DNA of 64,000 nucleotides from Candidatus Poribacteria bacterium (GTDB taxonomy: Bacteria > Poribacteria > WGA-4E > PCPOR2b), in contig OZ242351.1 in the NCBI GenBank assembly GCA_965208675.1, positions 928,001-992,000 on the forward strand. The letters run 5' to 3'. Positions within the stretch are counted from its first letter, which is position 1; each line of letters starts with the position of its first letter. The notes under the pieces are model-generated. The model saw only the letters and a program-made list of their open reading frames with translations. It had not been told where the DNA came from and did no database searches. Made by a program: the position numbers and the translations under genes. Of the stretch, positions 39,170-48,481 are shown in pieces.

Positions 39170-41266
39170 ATGAATGAAGGAAAACACAAACTCAGGTTAG
39201 TTGTAATGGGCGATCTTTCACATTCGCCAGAGGCATCGCCCGAATTGGATGAAGCTATCGACGACCTTAACCGGTTGCACCCAGATATCATCATGGTCAC
39301 CGGCGATTTGGACGACACCCGCCACGGTTTCGAGGCTGTCCGCCAAATGCTGCGCGCCTTCGACGGGATTGTGTTGCCCGCAATCGGCAATCATGACCTT
39401 GACTTGGAGGGTTGCGAAACAGACGAGGCAAATATTAAGTTGTTTGTTGACTCATTCCGGTTGGAAAACCACTACTATGCTTATGAACATTCAGGGTTAC
39501 GGTTCATTACGCTCAGCGCAGAACGGCATCGAAGCCTTCCCTGGCAGCCGCATGAGGTTTTTTTGAGCGGTGAACAACTCGACTGGTTTCGCCGAACGTT
39601 GGAAGCGCACCCTGCGACACCAACAATCGTACAGTGCCACGCCCCGGTATTCGGCACACATATTCCGGTCATCCCAACGGTTCACGTCCGTTCAACGAAC
39701 GCCTACATCAATCATAACCATCACCCCGAGCGGATTCTTGAACTCATCGGTCAATACCCACAGATAATCCTGTGGTTTTCCGGACACTCTCATCTCGGTC
39801 AAGGCTATCCCAATTCAATCTGTTCCCATCACGGCGTCTATTTTGTTCACGTCGGAGTCCACAGCAGCCGAGCGACACGTGATGGACGCCGACACTCTCG
39901 CGTTTTGGAAATTGAAACTGACCATATCTTGATTCGGACTTTCGATCATGCGGGTCGAGCGATTGTTCCGCGTTACGACTATGTGCTAGATGAAAGCCCT
40001 GTCGGCTTGATGTCGTGTTGGCAGGCTTATACACGGGCGAATTTTCTGTCAGGACACTTAAAGGGATTTCACGTCGGTAATGACGGTTTATCTCTAAAGC
40101 CAATGCCGACAAGCCGCTATCTGGCATATCTTGACGCACCCGCATCGCCCGGTATCCATGCAATTTGCCCCACCGAAAGAAAAATTTTCGTTGCGACGGA
40201 AGGCGGTTATGTGTGGGAATATGACCGCACCTCGGGGTTGCCGCTCGGGGCAATCTACCTGGATAAATCTCCAACGAACATCCTTGCGACCGATACACAT
40301 GTGTGGATTGGCGGCGGCGACGGGTATCTACGACGAATAGCCATTGATCGCCCTGAACGATTTTTACGAAACAATAGCACTGATGTCCATGACGGCGAAA
40401 TTCCTATCAAGGGAATAATCCGCACAATGCGAATAATAGATGGAGATCGACTGCTTGTGGGCGCGGACCGGCGGCTCTATGAGGTAAACTGTCAAACCGA
40501 GGAACTAAGGCCGAAGGCGATATTCAAAATGAACATCCACGCGCTGATGTCTGATCGAGAGCGTCTCTATGTGCTCACAGCGAACGGCAAACTTGAGGTT
40601 TTCTCCATTTCCGAGCTTCAACTGCAAAAAACACTTCAAATTCCACCGCAACTCCGCAAGTCGGGCTTCCCGTTTGGGGTTGATTTCATCCATATTTCAG
40701 AAAAACGTTGCTTTCTTGTTTCCAAGCATCATCGAACTATCCTTCAATGTAACTTGAACAATATGGAGGTTGCTGATCAGTTCCGCGTGCCGGGAAAAAT
40801 TCGAACCGCTCTGTTTGATGACCGGGAGATATACCTGTTAACCGAGACCGGACGCCTTACCTGCCTAGACGTAAAGGGAATGACAATCAAGATGCAACGA
40901 GATCTCGAGATGGAAGCCGCTTCTACCATGGCGTTAGATAACGAATTCGTTTATGTTGCAACGTGCAACCCCAATAGCGCGCGGCAGGAAGTTCAAATTA
41001 TTGAACGATCCGCGAAAATGATCGGAAATCTCGTTTATTCTGTACGCAGTGTCGAAAATATTTATCCCGAATTAGAACTGGACATGGAGTTGACGGAGGG
41101 CAATTTTTTCCATACCGACCTTCGTGCAAAAGCCGATGAAAAGTGGGTGAAAGTGACCGACGATGAATTGTTGAGCCGAGAGTTTGAAATACGTATGACA
41201 CTCGGGCGCAGCCAAGCAGAGGCACTGCCGTATATCTCACGCATGAAGTTGAAGGGAAAGGGATAA
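39170..41266 (+). CDS. Calcineurin-like metallophosphoesterase fused to a beta-propeller-like domain
   Basis: GDLSH, TGDL, GNHD, HAP, FSGHSH motifs in the first ~270 aa; C-terminal beta-rich repeats (IFVATEGGYV, VWIGGGDG, LYVLTANG, IYLLTETG). Confidence 0.78.
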   Translation: MNEGKHKLRLVVMGDLSHSPEASPELDEAIDDLNRLHPDIIMVTGDLDDTRHGFEAVRQMLRAFDGIVLPAIGNHDLDLEGCETDEANIKLFVDSFRLENHYYAYEHSGLRFITLSAERHRSLPWQPHEVFLSGEQLDWFRRTLEAHPATPTIVQCHAPVFGTHIPVIPTVHVRSTNAYINHNHHPERILELIGQYPQIILWFSGHSHLGQGYPNSICSHHGVYFVHVGVHSSRATRDGRRHSRVLEIETDHILIRTFDHAGRAIVPRYDYVLDESPVGLMSCWQAYTRANFLSGHLKGFHVGNDGLSLKPMPTSRYLAYLDAPASPGIHAICPTERKIFVATEGGYVWEYDRTSGLPLGAIYLDKSPTNILATDTHVWIGGGDGYLRRIAIDRPERFLRNNSTDVHDGEIPIKGIIRTMRIIDGDRLLVGADRRLYEVNCQTEELRPKAIFKMNIHALMSDRERLYVLTANGKLEVFSISELQLQKTLQIPPQLRKSGFPFGVDFIHISEKRCFLVSKHHRTILQCNLNNMEVADQFRVPGKIRTALFDDREIYLLTETGRLTCLDVKGMTIKMQRDLEMEAASTMALDNEFVYVATCNPNSARQEVQIIERSAKMIGNLVYSVRSVENIYPELELDMELTEGNFFHTDLRAKADEKWVKVTDDELLSREFEIRMTLGRSQAEALPYISRMKLKGKG

Positions 41267-41288
41267 TTCAGCAATTAAGTTGCAAAGA

Positions 41289-41747
41289 TTATTTGGATGT
41301 TAAATACATTATGTCAATTAACACGTCGAGTCCTGAGGAAATAAGGTTCAAATATTCCCCTAGTTTCTCAAGGTGTAAACCTCCGTGTTTTGAAGGTATA
41401 GCTGAAGAGGTCTGCGTAACCGTCGTATGAGTTCTTTGTACTAAAAACTTTTCAAGTTCGCCGGTTTCGGGATTTGGTACGTACTCCCACACTTCCTCAA
41501 TTGTTTCAGAGGGAGTTTCTGTAACTATCGTGTGCGATTTGTGTACTGTCAGTCTTTCGAGTTCGCCGGTGTCAGGATTAAGCACGTGCCTGGTTTCTTC
41601 CACAAATGTCTCCGATGTTAACCTAGGTAAATGCCCGTTTGATTCTATTTTGGCAGCTCCCGAACACCCTTGAAGAAGTATTAACGCAAGAACAACACAT
41701 GTGCAGCAACATGTTGCTAAGACGGTACCGAATCTACTCTTTATCAT
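41289..41747 (-). CDS. Hypothetical lipoprotein with internal duplication
   Basis: GGAGGA RBS, LQGC lipobox, two NP(D/E)TGELE..V..(S/T)HT.VT.T repeats. Confidence 0.65.
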   Translation of the reverse strand: MIKSRFGTVLATCCCTCVVLALILLQGCSGAAKIESNGHLPRLTSETFVEETRHVLNPDTGELERLTVHKSHTIVTETPSETIEEVWEYVPNPETGELEKFLVQRTHTTVTQTSSAIPSKHGGLHLEKLGEYLNLISSGLDVLIDIMYLTSK

Positions 41748-42028
41748 AATGGTCCTCCATTCGCCATCAGTCGTACTCGCGCTCGCCCAAGGTACTTCCT
41801 ACCGCATAGGGTTCCTAATGAAAGCACAGTGGAAACCATCATACTCAAAAAGGCAATTTCAGGTCAAGGGAAAAGAACATGACGTTTTATTTTTGATTCT
41901 CATGCGTTACCTTTGTTGAGTTTTCAGTTGCGTTTTGCCTGCTGGCGTGCTATGCTTTTTCAGTATTTCCGAATAGCCAAAGCCGTTTCGGAAGCGTTGA
42001 CCTAAAAAATTGCCGATGACTGGGGCGA

Positions 42029-42853
42029 ATGTCGACCTTTACCTCCGAAAGACCCAAGAAATTCGACCTAGCAACAAAGATTCTCGCCAACGAACAGGCC
42101 GCCGAAGACCACTATCTGCTGCGCTGCGAATGTCCAGAGATTGCAGAGCGCGCGCTTCCAGGTCAATTCATCCATGTGTTGATTTCAGATGCGTCTGCGC
42201 TGCTGCTACGCCGCCCATTCACAATCTACTCCGTTGAAGGCGATCAGATTACGATACTCTACCAGCGTGTCGGAGCGGGCACGGACTCACTGTCACATCT
42301 CGGCCGCGGCGATTCGCTCCATGTGATGGGACCGCTTGGCAACAATTTCAGTATCCCGCCAAATTTAGATCCGGCAATTATCGTTGGAGGCGGAGCCGGG
42401 ATTGCATCGTTGATGCTCCACGCGGCTGCTCTTCGAAGGGTAGGTGTACGCACGTTAGGGCTAGTCGGATCCATCAACGCTGCTCGGCTGTTGTCCGTTC
42501 CCGATTTAGAAGCAATCGAGGTTGAAACTCACATTTCAACAGACGATGGCAGCATTGGGCATCACGGGTTCGTTACGGAGGTGTTCACGCAGATTTTAGA
42601 ACAGCCGCAAGTTTATGACTTGCACAACCCTGTCACATACGCATGCGGTCCGTACGGTATGCTTCGTGCTGTGACCAAGATTTCTCGTAAATTTCGCGTC
42701 CCGATGCAACTGGCGATGGAGAACCTGATGGGGTGTGCGATGGGGGTATGCCTTGGATGCGTGTGCAAAGTTCGTACGCCGGATGGCGGGTTTGAATATC
42801 AAAGGGTTTGCACTGAAGGCCCGGTGTTTGATGCGGAGGACATCGTCTGGTAA
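42029..42853 (+). CDS. pyrK: Dihydroorotate dehydrogenase electron transfer subunit
   Basis: PGQF, RRPFT, GPLGN, GGGAG, CGP, MGCAMGVCLGC...CTEGPVF. Confidence 0.93.
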   Translation: MSTFTSERPKKFDLATKILANEQAAEDHYLLRCECPEIAERALPGQFIHVLISDASALLLRRPFTIYSVEGDQITILYQRVGAGTDSLSHLGRGDSLHVMGPLGNNFSIPPNLDPAIIVGGGAGIASLMLHAAALRRVGVRTLGLVGSINAARLLSVPDLEAIEVETHISTDDGSIGHHGFVTEVFTQILEQPQVYDLHNPVTYACGPYGMLRAVTKISRKFRVPMQLAMENLMGCAMGVCLGCVCKVRTPDGGFEYQRVCTEGPVFDAEDIVW

Positions 42854-42888
42854 TTGCTCACCTCATCTCCAACCACAGATGAAAAACA

Positions 42889-43812
42889 ATGGAAAACGGC
42901 GCGCCTTCTCTGGAAATTAATGTTGCCGGCATCCGAATGAAAAACCCGGTCATGACGGCTTCGGGGACATTTGGCTACGGCAACGAATACAGCGACTTTA
43001 TCGATTTAAATCAACTCGGCGCAACGGTTGTCAAAGGCATTACGAGCGTACCTTGGCCCGGCAACCCGATGGAACGAATTGCCGAAACGCCGTCGGGGAT
43101 GCTCAATGCAATCGGACTACAGAACGTCGGTGTAGACGGTTTCATCGAAAAAAAGCTGCCCTATCTCCGCAAATTCGATGTCCCCGTTATTGTGAATATC
43201 TGTGGTGAGCGGCGGGAAGAGTATGAGGAGGTCACGGAAAAGCTGAACCTCACTGATGGGGTCGCTGCGGTAGAGCTTAACATATCCTGCCCAAACCTTC
43301 ATTGCGGCGGAATGAGCTTTGGAGTTGACCCCGAATTGACGTATCAACTTGTCAAAGCGGTGCGAGAAAAAACCGCACTGCCGCTGCTTGTAAAACTTTC
43401 GCCCAACGTCACGGACATAACTGTCATTGCTACTGCCGCAGCAGACGCCGGTGCGGACGGGCTCTCAGTAATTAACACAATACTGGGTATGGCAATTGAC
43501 GTAAACACGCGGCAGCCGATGCTACAGAATGTCACCGGCGGGCTGTCTGGTCCGGCGATTAAGCCGATAGCTTTACGCATGGTTTGGCAGGTCTATAATG
43601 CCGTAAAGATACCCATTGTCGGCATGGGCGGTATCATGACTACTGAAGACGCGCTCGAGTTTTTCATTGCGGGCGCTTCCGCGGTTGCAATTGGCACAGC
43701 GAACTTCGTCAATCCACGAGCCCCATTGGACATCATCCACGGCATCCGCACATATTTGGAACAGAACGGGATTAGGTCGATTGCGGACCTGGTGGGAAGT
43801 TTGCAAACGTGA
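42889..43812 (+). CDS. pyrD: Dihydroorotate dehydrogenase (class 1B catalytic subunit)
   Basis: TASGTFG, NAIGLQN, ELNISCPN, KLSPN, GGLSGPAIKP. Confidence 0.95.
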   Translation: MENGAPSLEINVAGIRMKNPVMTASGTFGYGNEYSDFIDLNQLGATVVKGITSVPWPGNPMERIAETPSGMLNAIGLQNVGVDGFIEKKLPYLRKFDVPVIVNICGERREEYEEVTEKLNLTDGVAAVELNISCPNLHCGGMSFGVDPELTYQLVKAVREKTALPLLVKLSPNVTDITVIATAAADAGADGLSVINTILGMAIDVNTRQPMLQNVTGGLSGPAIKPIALRMVWQVYNAVKIPIVGMGGIMTTEDALEFFIAGASAVAIGTANFVNPRAPLDIIHGIRTYLEQNGIRSIADLVGSLQT

Positions 43813-43861
43813 ATCCCGCCGCACATAAAATCATACATGTGCAAAAATTGAGGTTGAAGCA

Positions 43862-44950
43862 ATGCGTCATTTCATAACACTCGATGACTTATCGAATTTT
43901 GAGATTGAACAGATCTTTCGTCTTGCCGATCAGATGCGGACACAGATAGCAACTTGGTCGGGGTTTTGCAAAGGCAAATTGTTGGCAACGCTTTTCTATG
44001 AGCCGAGCACGCGGACTAGACTGTCCTTTGAAAGCGCTGTAGAACGCCTCGACGGGCGGGCAATCGGCTTCGCTGATCCGCATGCCGCATCCGTCGCCAA
44101 GGGCGAAACCATCGCTGATACAGTACGCATGGTCGCCAACTATTCGGATATCATCGTCGTTCGCCACAACTGGGCGGGCTCTGCACGAGTCATGGCGTGT
44201 TATTCTACCGTACCTGTCATTAACGGCGGGGATGGCAGCCATCGCCACCCCACGCAGGCGCTCACGGATTTGTATACCATACTTCAACGGAAAGGCGGTA
44301 TAGAAGGCATAAAGGTAGGCATCTGCGGTGATTTGCGGTATGGCAGGTCCGCCCACTCGCTCGCACTTGCCGTGGCGCGATTCGGCGGGCGTCTCGTCCA
44401 CATTGCCCCCGATGGGTTTCAGATGCCTGAGTGGGTTCTTAGCCGGGTGAAACATCTTTACGGCCAGGAACCGCTTGAGCGGAGCCATCTCAGCGATGTG
44501 ATTGGTGAGCTTGATGTCATCTATGTCAATCGGCTACAGCAGGAACGCCTGCCTCCGGAAATTGAACGGGAAGCGGCGAGTAGAAGCTATCTCGTGAACA
44601 CTGCGGTGATGAGCGGCGCCAAATCTGATGCCATTATCATGCATCCATTGCCGCGAGTCAATGAATTAGCTTATGAATTAGACGCCGACGGACGCGCCGC
44701 TTATTTTGAACAGTCTGCGAACGGAGTTCCCATTCGGATGGCGCTCATTGCGAGCCTGTTAGGACTAGAACAGTTAATTTTGACCCAACCGCCAGAGAGA
44801 AAAATCGCATCTGATAATCGTTCCTGTGATAATCTCAACTGCGTCACTGCCCACGAGCACTATCTGGAACCCGAAACGGAGATGATCACAGACGATTTGA
44901 CGACCGCCGTATGTGCGTATTGCGGCGCTATCAAACCTGAGATGATGTGA
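43862..44950 (+). CDS. pyrB: Aspartate carbamoyltransferase catalytic chain with C-terminal Zn-finger (PyrI-like) extension
   Basis: FYEPSTRTRLSF, HPTQAL, GDLRYGR, HPLPR; tail CDNLNC...CAYC. Confidence 0.93.
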   Translation: MRHFITLDDLSNFEIEQIFRLADQMRTQIATWSGFCKGKLLATLFYEPSTRTRLSFESAVERLDGRAIGFADPHAASVAKGETIADTVRMVANYSDIIVVRHNWAGSARVMACYSTVPVINGGDGSHRHPTQALTDLYTILQRKGGIEGIKVGICGDLRYGRSAHSLALAVARFGGRLVHIAPDGFQMPEWVLSRVKHLYGQEPLERSHLSDVIGELDVIYVNRLQQERLPPEIEREAASRSYLVNTAVMSGAKSDAIIMHPLPRVNELAYELDADGRAAYFEQSANGVPIRMALIASLLGLEQLILTQPPERKIASDNRSCDNLNCVTAHEHYLEPETEMITDDLTTAVCAYCGAIKPEMM

Positions 44951-44974
44951 AGGGAGTACTGCCGACGCAACTCC

Positions 44975-46414
44975 ATGAACCGTGTTTTTGAAAATACTTC
45001 TGCGCTGTTTATCGCCCAACTCATTGGCCGCATCCTGTCATTCGGCTTGGTAGTTATCCTGATGCCCCGCTATTTCACCGAGAAGGTGTTAGGCGGTTAT
45101 TTTCTGGCGATGTTCATTACAAATATGATTGCCAGCATAGCTGAATTGGGCATGCAAACCCCACTGATTCGTGAGATGACGTTGCATCGCCGACAAGCAC
45201 GCCATTTTTTGGGAAATGCGCTAATAATAAGATTTCTCTTGTCGATTGTTGCATTTGGGTTAATGGCCGGAAGCGGTTATTTGCTTGACTATGAGCCAAT
45301 CGTAGTTCGGATGATATTACTGCTCGGTTTTGCGGATTTGATTAACTCAACCGCTCAACTATTTCGATGCGTCTTTCGCGCGTTTGAACGGATGCGATAT
45401 GAAGCGCTCACAGTGGTTGTTGAGCGAACATTGGTTGTCTTCGTTGGCGGCTTGTTCATTGGATTAGGCGGAAATCTTGTTGATTTCTGCGTAGTGGTGT
45501 TGATTGCGAGCATCTTCAACCTCGCCCTCAGTGTTGGCATTGTTGCTAGAAGATTCGTATCACTTCGGTTCCACGTCGATTTGGGAATCTGTCAAACGAT
45601 TGTACGCCAGTCATTTCCATTTGCACTAGGCAATATCTGCAACCTAATTTACTTTAGAATCGACACCGTGCTGCTTTCGAAATTGAGCCCACACGGGATT
45701 ACTGCTAATGCCTGGTACGGAGTAGCGTATTCGCTGGTGAACGCGTTCACGGTTCTTCCGGGGGCATTCATGGGAGCGATGTTTCCAGTGATGGCGCGCA
45801 CATTCTCGAAAAGGAGGATGGAATTCAGTAGCATATACACTGAAGCGCTGCGATGGATGTTTTTGGTCGGCGTCCCGTTTGCTGTAGGGCTGGCAATTTT
45901 ATCGGAAAAAATATCGTCTGTCCTATTTCCACATTATGAATGGACGGAAATTACACCTGCCTTGCGTCTTTTAAGTTGGTCCGGGGGTCTGAGTTTTCTA
46001 ACGACCGTCGTAATTACAGTGCTTCGCGCAACTGACAAACGCCGTGCGTTCTCCCTATTGATGGCGACTACCGCGTTGATTAACATTGTGTTGAATTTTT
46101 TCCTCATCCCTCGCTTTAACCATGTCGGCGCAGCCATGGCGATGATCATTAGCGAGGTGTACCTATTTATCGGGAGTTTTATTTATATAACCCTTCGGAT
46201 TTCGAAATTAACCTACATCAGTTTTGCAATCAAAACGGGCATTGTTTCCGCACTGATGGGGGCAGCCTTAATGTTTCTTCGAGACCGCTTTTCAATCTGG
46301 CTATTGATTCCGTGCGCAATGGTATTTTATCTTGCCGGAATGGCCGCGGTTGGAGAACTCAGACGGGGTAAAATCCCAAAAAGAATGGAACTCACGGATG
46401 AATCGTCTTTTTGA
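44975..46414 (+). CDS. Polysaccharide flippase (Wzx/MOP family)
   Basis: About 14 TM segments; AELGMQTPLIRE, FRAFERM, IYFRIDTVLL, LNFFLIPRF..VGAAMA. Confidence 0.88.
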   Translation: MNRVFENTSALFIAQLIGRILSFGLVVILMPRYFTEKVLGGYFLAMFITNMIASIAELGMQTPLIREMTLHRRQARHFLGNALIIRFLLSIVAFGLMAGSGYLLDYEPIVVRMILLLGFADLINSTAQLFRCVFRAFERMRYEALTVVVERTLVVFVGGLFIGLGGNLVDFCVVVLIASIFNLALSVGIVARRFVSLRFHVDLGICQTIVRQSFPFALGNICNLIYFRIDTVLLSKLSPHGITANAWYGVAYSLVNAFTVLPGAFMGAMFPVMARTFSKRRMEFSSIYTEALRWMFLVGVPFAVGLAILSEKISSVLFPHYEWTEITPALRLLSWSGGLSFLTTVVITVLRATDKRRAFSLLMATTALINIVLNFFLIPRFNHVGAAMAMIISEVYLFIGSFIYITLRISKLTYISFAIKTGIVSALMGAALMFLRDRFSIWLLIPCAMVFYLAGMAAVGELRRGKIPKRMELTDESSF

Positions 46415-46442
46415 TCTTCTCTTTTTATAGGGTAGGATTTCC

Positions 46443-46937
46443 TCAGGATTCTCTGTGAATTTCAAAGGTCTGTATCACTTCATTTGCCAGAAGCCGCTGA
46501 GAAATTATTTCCAGCTTTGCTCGATCTAAACAGCCTTGTATCCAGTATTTTTCTCCGGTCTGTGCATCCTGAACGCCCATAATATTCGCATCACGAATTC
46601 CTTTGAGGACGCTATCGCCAACCGCATCTGTCACACCGGACTTAAATCGAATTTCTATCGCCCAGGTGTTTGCAAGTAAAGCTGAACGAACACCTTGCGA
46701 AGGCAAATCATCATCGATTTCCCTGTAAACGTAACGCTGCGTTACCGGATCCGCAAGGAGATTGGCACAGATACGCTCAACTGCTTGTGAATCGATATTT
46801 CCTTCAATCAAATAAATTTGCGCGGTACGAACCGCGGTAACTCCAGCGATGCCCAAGTCGGCAATATCTTCGAGGATGCCACCCCCAACAACATCTAGTG
46901 CATCGGACTTGCCGAAAATTTCAATCTTCCATTTCAA
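46443..46937 (-). CDS. Tandem PurS-like domain protein (FGAM synthase accessory)
   Basis: Two repeats of D..G....I...GI..V......Y.I.G.........LLA(D/N).V; TTG start after AGGAG. Confidence 0.7.
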   Translation of the reverse strand: MKWKIEIFGKSDALDVVGGGILEDIADLGIAGVTAVRTAQIYLIEGNIDSQAVERICANLLADPVTQRYVYREIDDDLPSQGVRSALLANTWAIEIRFKSGVTDAVGDSVLKGIRDANIMGVQDAQTGEKYWIQGCLDRAKLEIISQRLLANEVIQTFEIHRES

Positions 46938-47032
46938 TCTTTAGGTCTCCTGATTGAACATCCAGATCCGCCGGACGCTTGGCTGTTGCTAACCTCGTAC
47001 CTTTAATTCATTGAATCGTTAAGGAGTAAAGC

Positions 47033-47287
47033 GTGCCGACCGAAAAAGCTAACGCTCGAATGCTTATGATTATCGTAAGTGTAATTGGACTAATTTTTGC
47101 CATTGTTATGGTAATCCTGTTCTTCAACGCGGCGCCTGCGCTTTCTGACCTACCAGAACACCGCACCTACACGGACGCCCCCGCGTGTTTGAAATGCCAC
47201 CTAATCGGGGATGAAAAAGAATCGCCTACCATGCCCCACATCAACGTTGGCGCCTGCCATCTCTGTCACAGTCTCGCCGAAGAATAA
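47033..47287 (+). CDS. Small membrane-anchored di-heme c-type cytochrome
   Basis: N-terminal TM helix; CLKCH and CHLCH heme motifs with extra His; AAGGAG RBS. Confidence 0.8.
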   Translation: MPTEKANARMLMIIVSVIGLIFAIVMVILFFNAAPALSDLPEHRTYTDAPACLKCHLIGDEKESPTMPHINVGACHLCHSLAEE

Positions 47288-47521
47288 CAGGAAGGTGTGC
47301 CGCAATAACCGATTGCACTTTCCAAATCACATCAACAGCCGTACCCGCACTTTAGCATATTTGCCCAAAGAATGCAAGTGTCGGGCCGCTATTGCATCTT
47401 CGAAGACGAAACCGAAAATCTACCGATTTCACGAATTGCGCGAGACGCGTTGTTCATCGCACGACATTGTACCCATCCTGAACTAGTCGCCGCGGCGGGG
47501 GTAAGCGCGGCAGATTTTCTG

Positions 47522-47549
47522 TTGACGCCGACTTTCAAATGGGTATAAT
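47522..47549 (+). promoter_or_regulatory. Sigma70-type promoter
   Basis: TTGACG-N16-TATAAT, 70 nt upstream of the lsrF-like gene. Confidence 0.65.
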
Positions 47550-47619
47550 GGACTTGTGCGTTCGACTGTTTCAAATCGTTGAGGAATAAAATAACCAAAA
47601 AACCTGGAGGACACTGTAG

Positions 47620-48477
47620 ATGAATTTTGGAGCCTTGGGTTGGGGCAAAACTAACCGGTTAGCACAGATGTTCAAACCCAATCAGGACGGAGAATACCAT
47701 ACGGTCATGTTGGCAGTGGACCACCCGTATTTTTATGGGCCGACCGAAGGATTAATCGATCCGAGAAAAACAATACGTCCAATTGTCCCCTATGCAGATG
47801 CTATCAGCCCTGCAAAAGGTACGCTTGAATACTGCTTGGACCCGTTCGTAACCACACCCGTAATTTTAAGGGTAACCGGCGGCAATAGTTTGACGAGGCG
47901 CGACGAATTATCTAATGAACATATAATAACGTCCGTGGAAGAAGCGGTAAGGCTGAATGCCATTGGGGTTTCGGTCTCAGTGTACATTGACAGCGATCAT
48001 CAAACGCAAACCATCAAAAATCTTGGGACATTGGCAAACCAAGCCAGTAAATACGGCTTATTGGTATTAGGCATCACCGCTGTGGGGGCAACATTAGAGC
48101 AGCGAATTAAAGGCGAAGGCGCTGGAGATGACACATTCGACGCTGCCAGATATTTTGCCCATGCTGGAAGGATTATCCAAGAAAACGGCGCGGATATTGT
48201 CAAAACATATTATTGCGACAATTTTGAGCAAGTTAGGGAGGGGATTCAAGTTCCCATTGTCATTGCAGGCGGAAAGAAAATTCCTGAACAAGAAGCGTTG
48301 GAATTCACCTATAACGCGATCAGTGCAGGTGCCAACGGCGTCGATATGGGGCGGAATATTTTTCAAGCGGAAGCGCCCGCCGAAATGATACAAGCTGTCA
48401 AGTCAATCGTCCATGAAGGAAAAACGCCTGATGAAGCAATGGTAATTTATGATGAACTCAAACAGGGGACGCCGTAA
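47620..48477 (+). CDS. lsrF: LsrF-like class I aldolase/thiolase (DhnA family)
   Basis: WGKTNRL, VMLAVDHPYFYGPT, GADIVKTYY, VIAGGKK, GVDMGRNIFQ. Confidence 0.8.
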   Translation: MNFGALGWGKTNRLAQMFKPNQDGEYHTVMLAVDHPYFYGPTEGLIDPRKTIRPIVPYADAISPAKGTLEYCLDPFVTTPVILRVTGGNSLTRRDELSNEHIITSVEEAVRLNAIGVSVSVYIDSDHQTQTIKNLGTLANQASKYGLLVLGITAVGATLEQRIKGEGAGDDTFDAARYFAHAGRIIQENGADIVKTYYCDNFEQVREGIQVPIVIAGGKKIPEQEALEFTYNAISAGANGVDMGRNIFQAEAPAEMIQAVKSIVHEGKTPDEAMVIYDELKQGTP

Positions 48478-48481
48478 GAAC

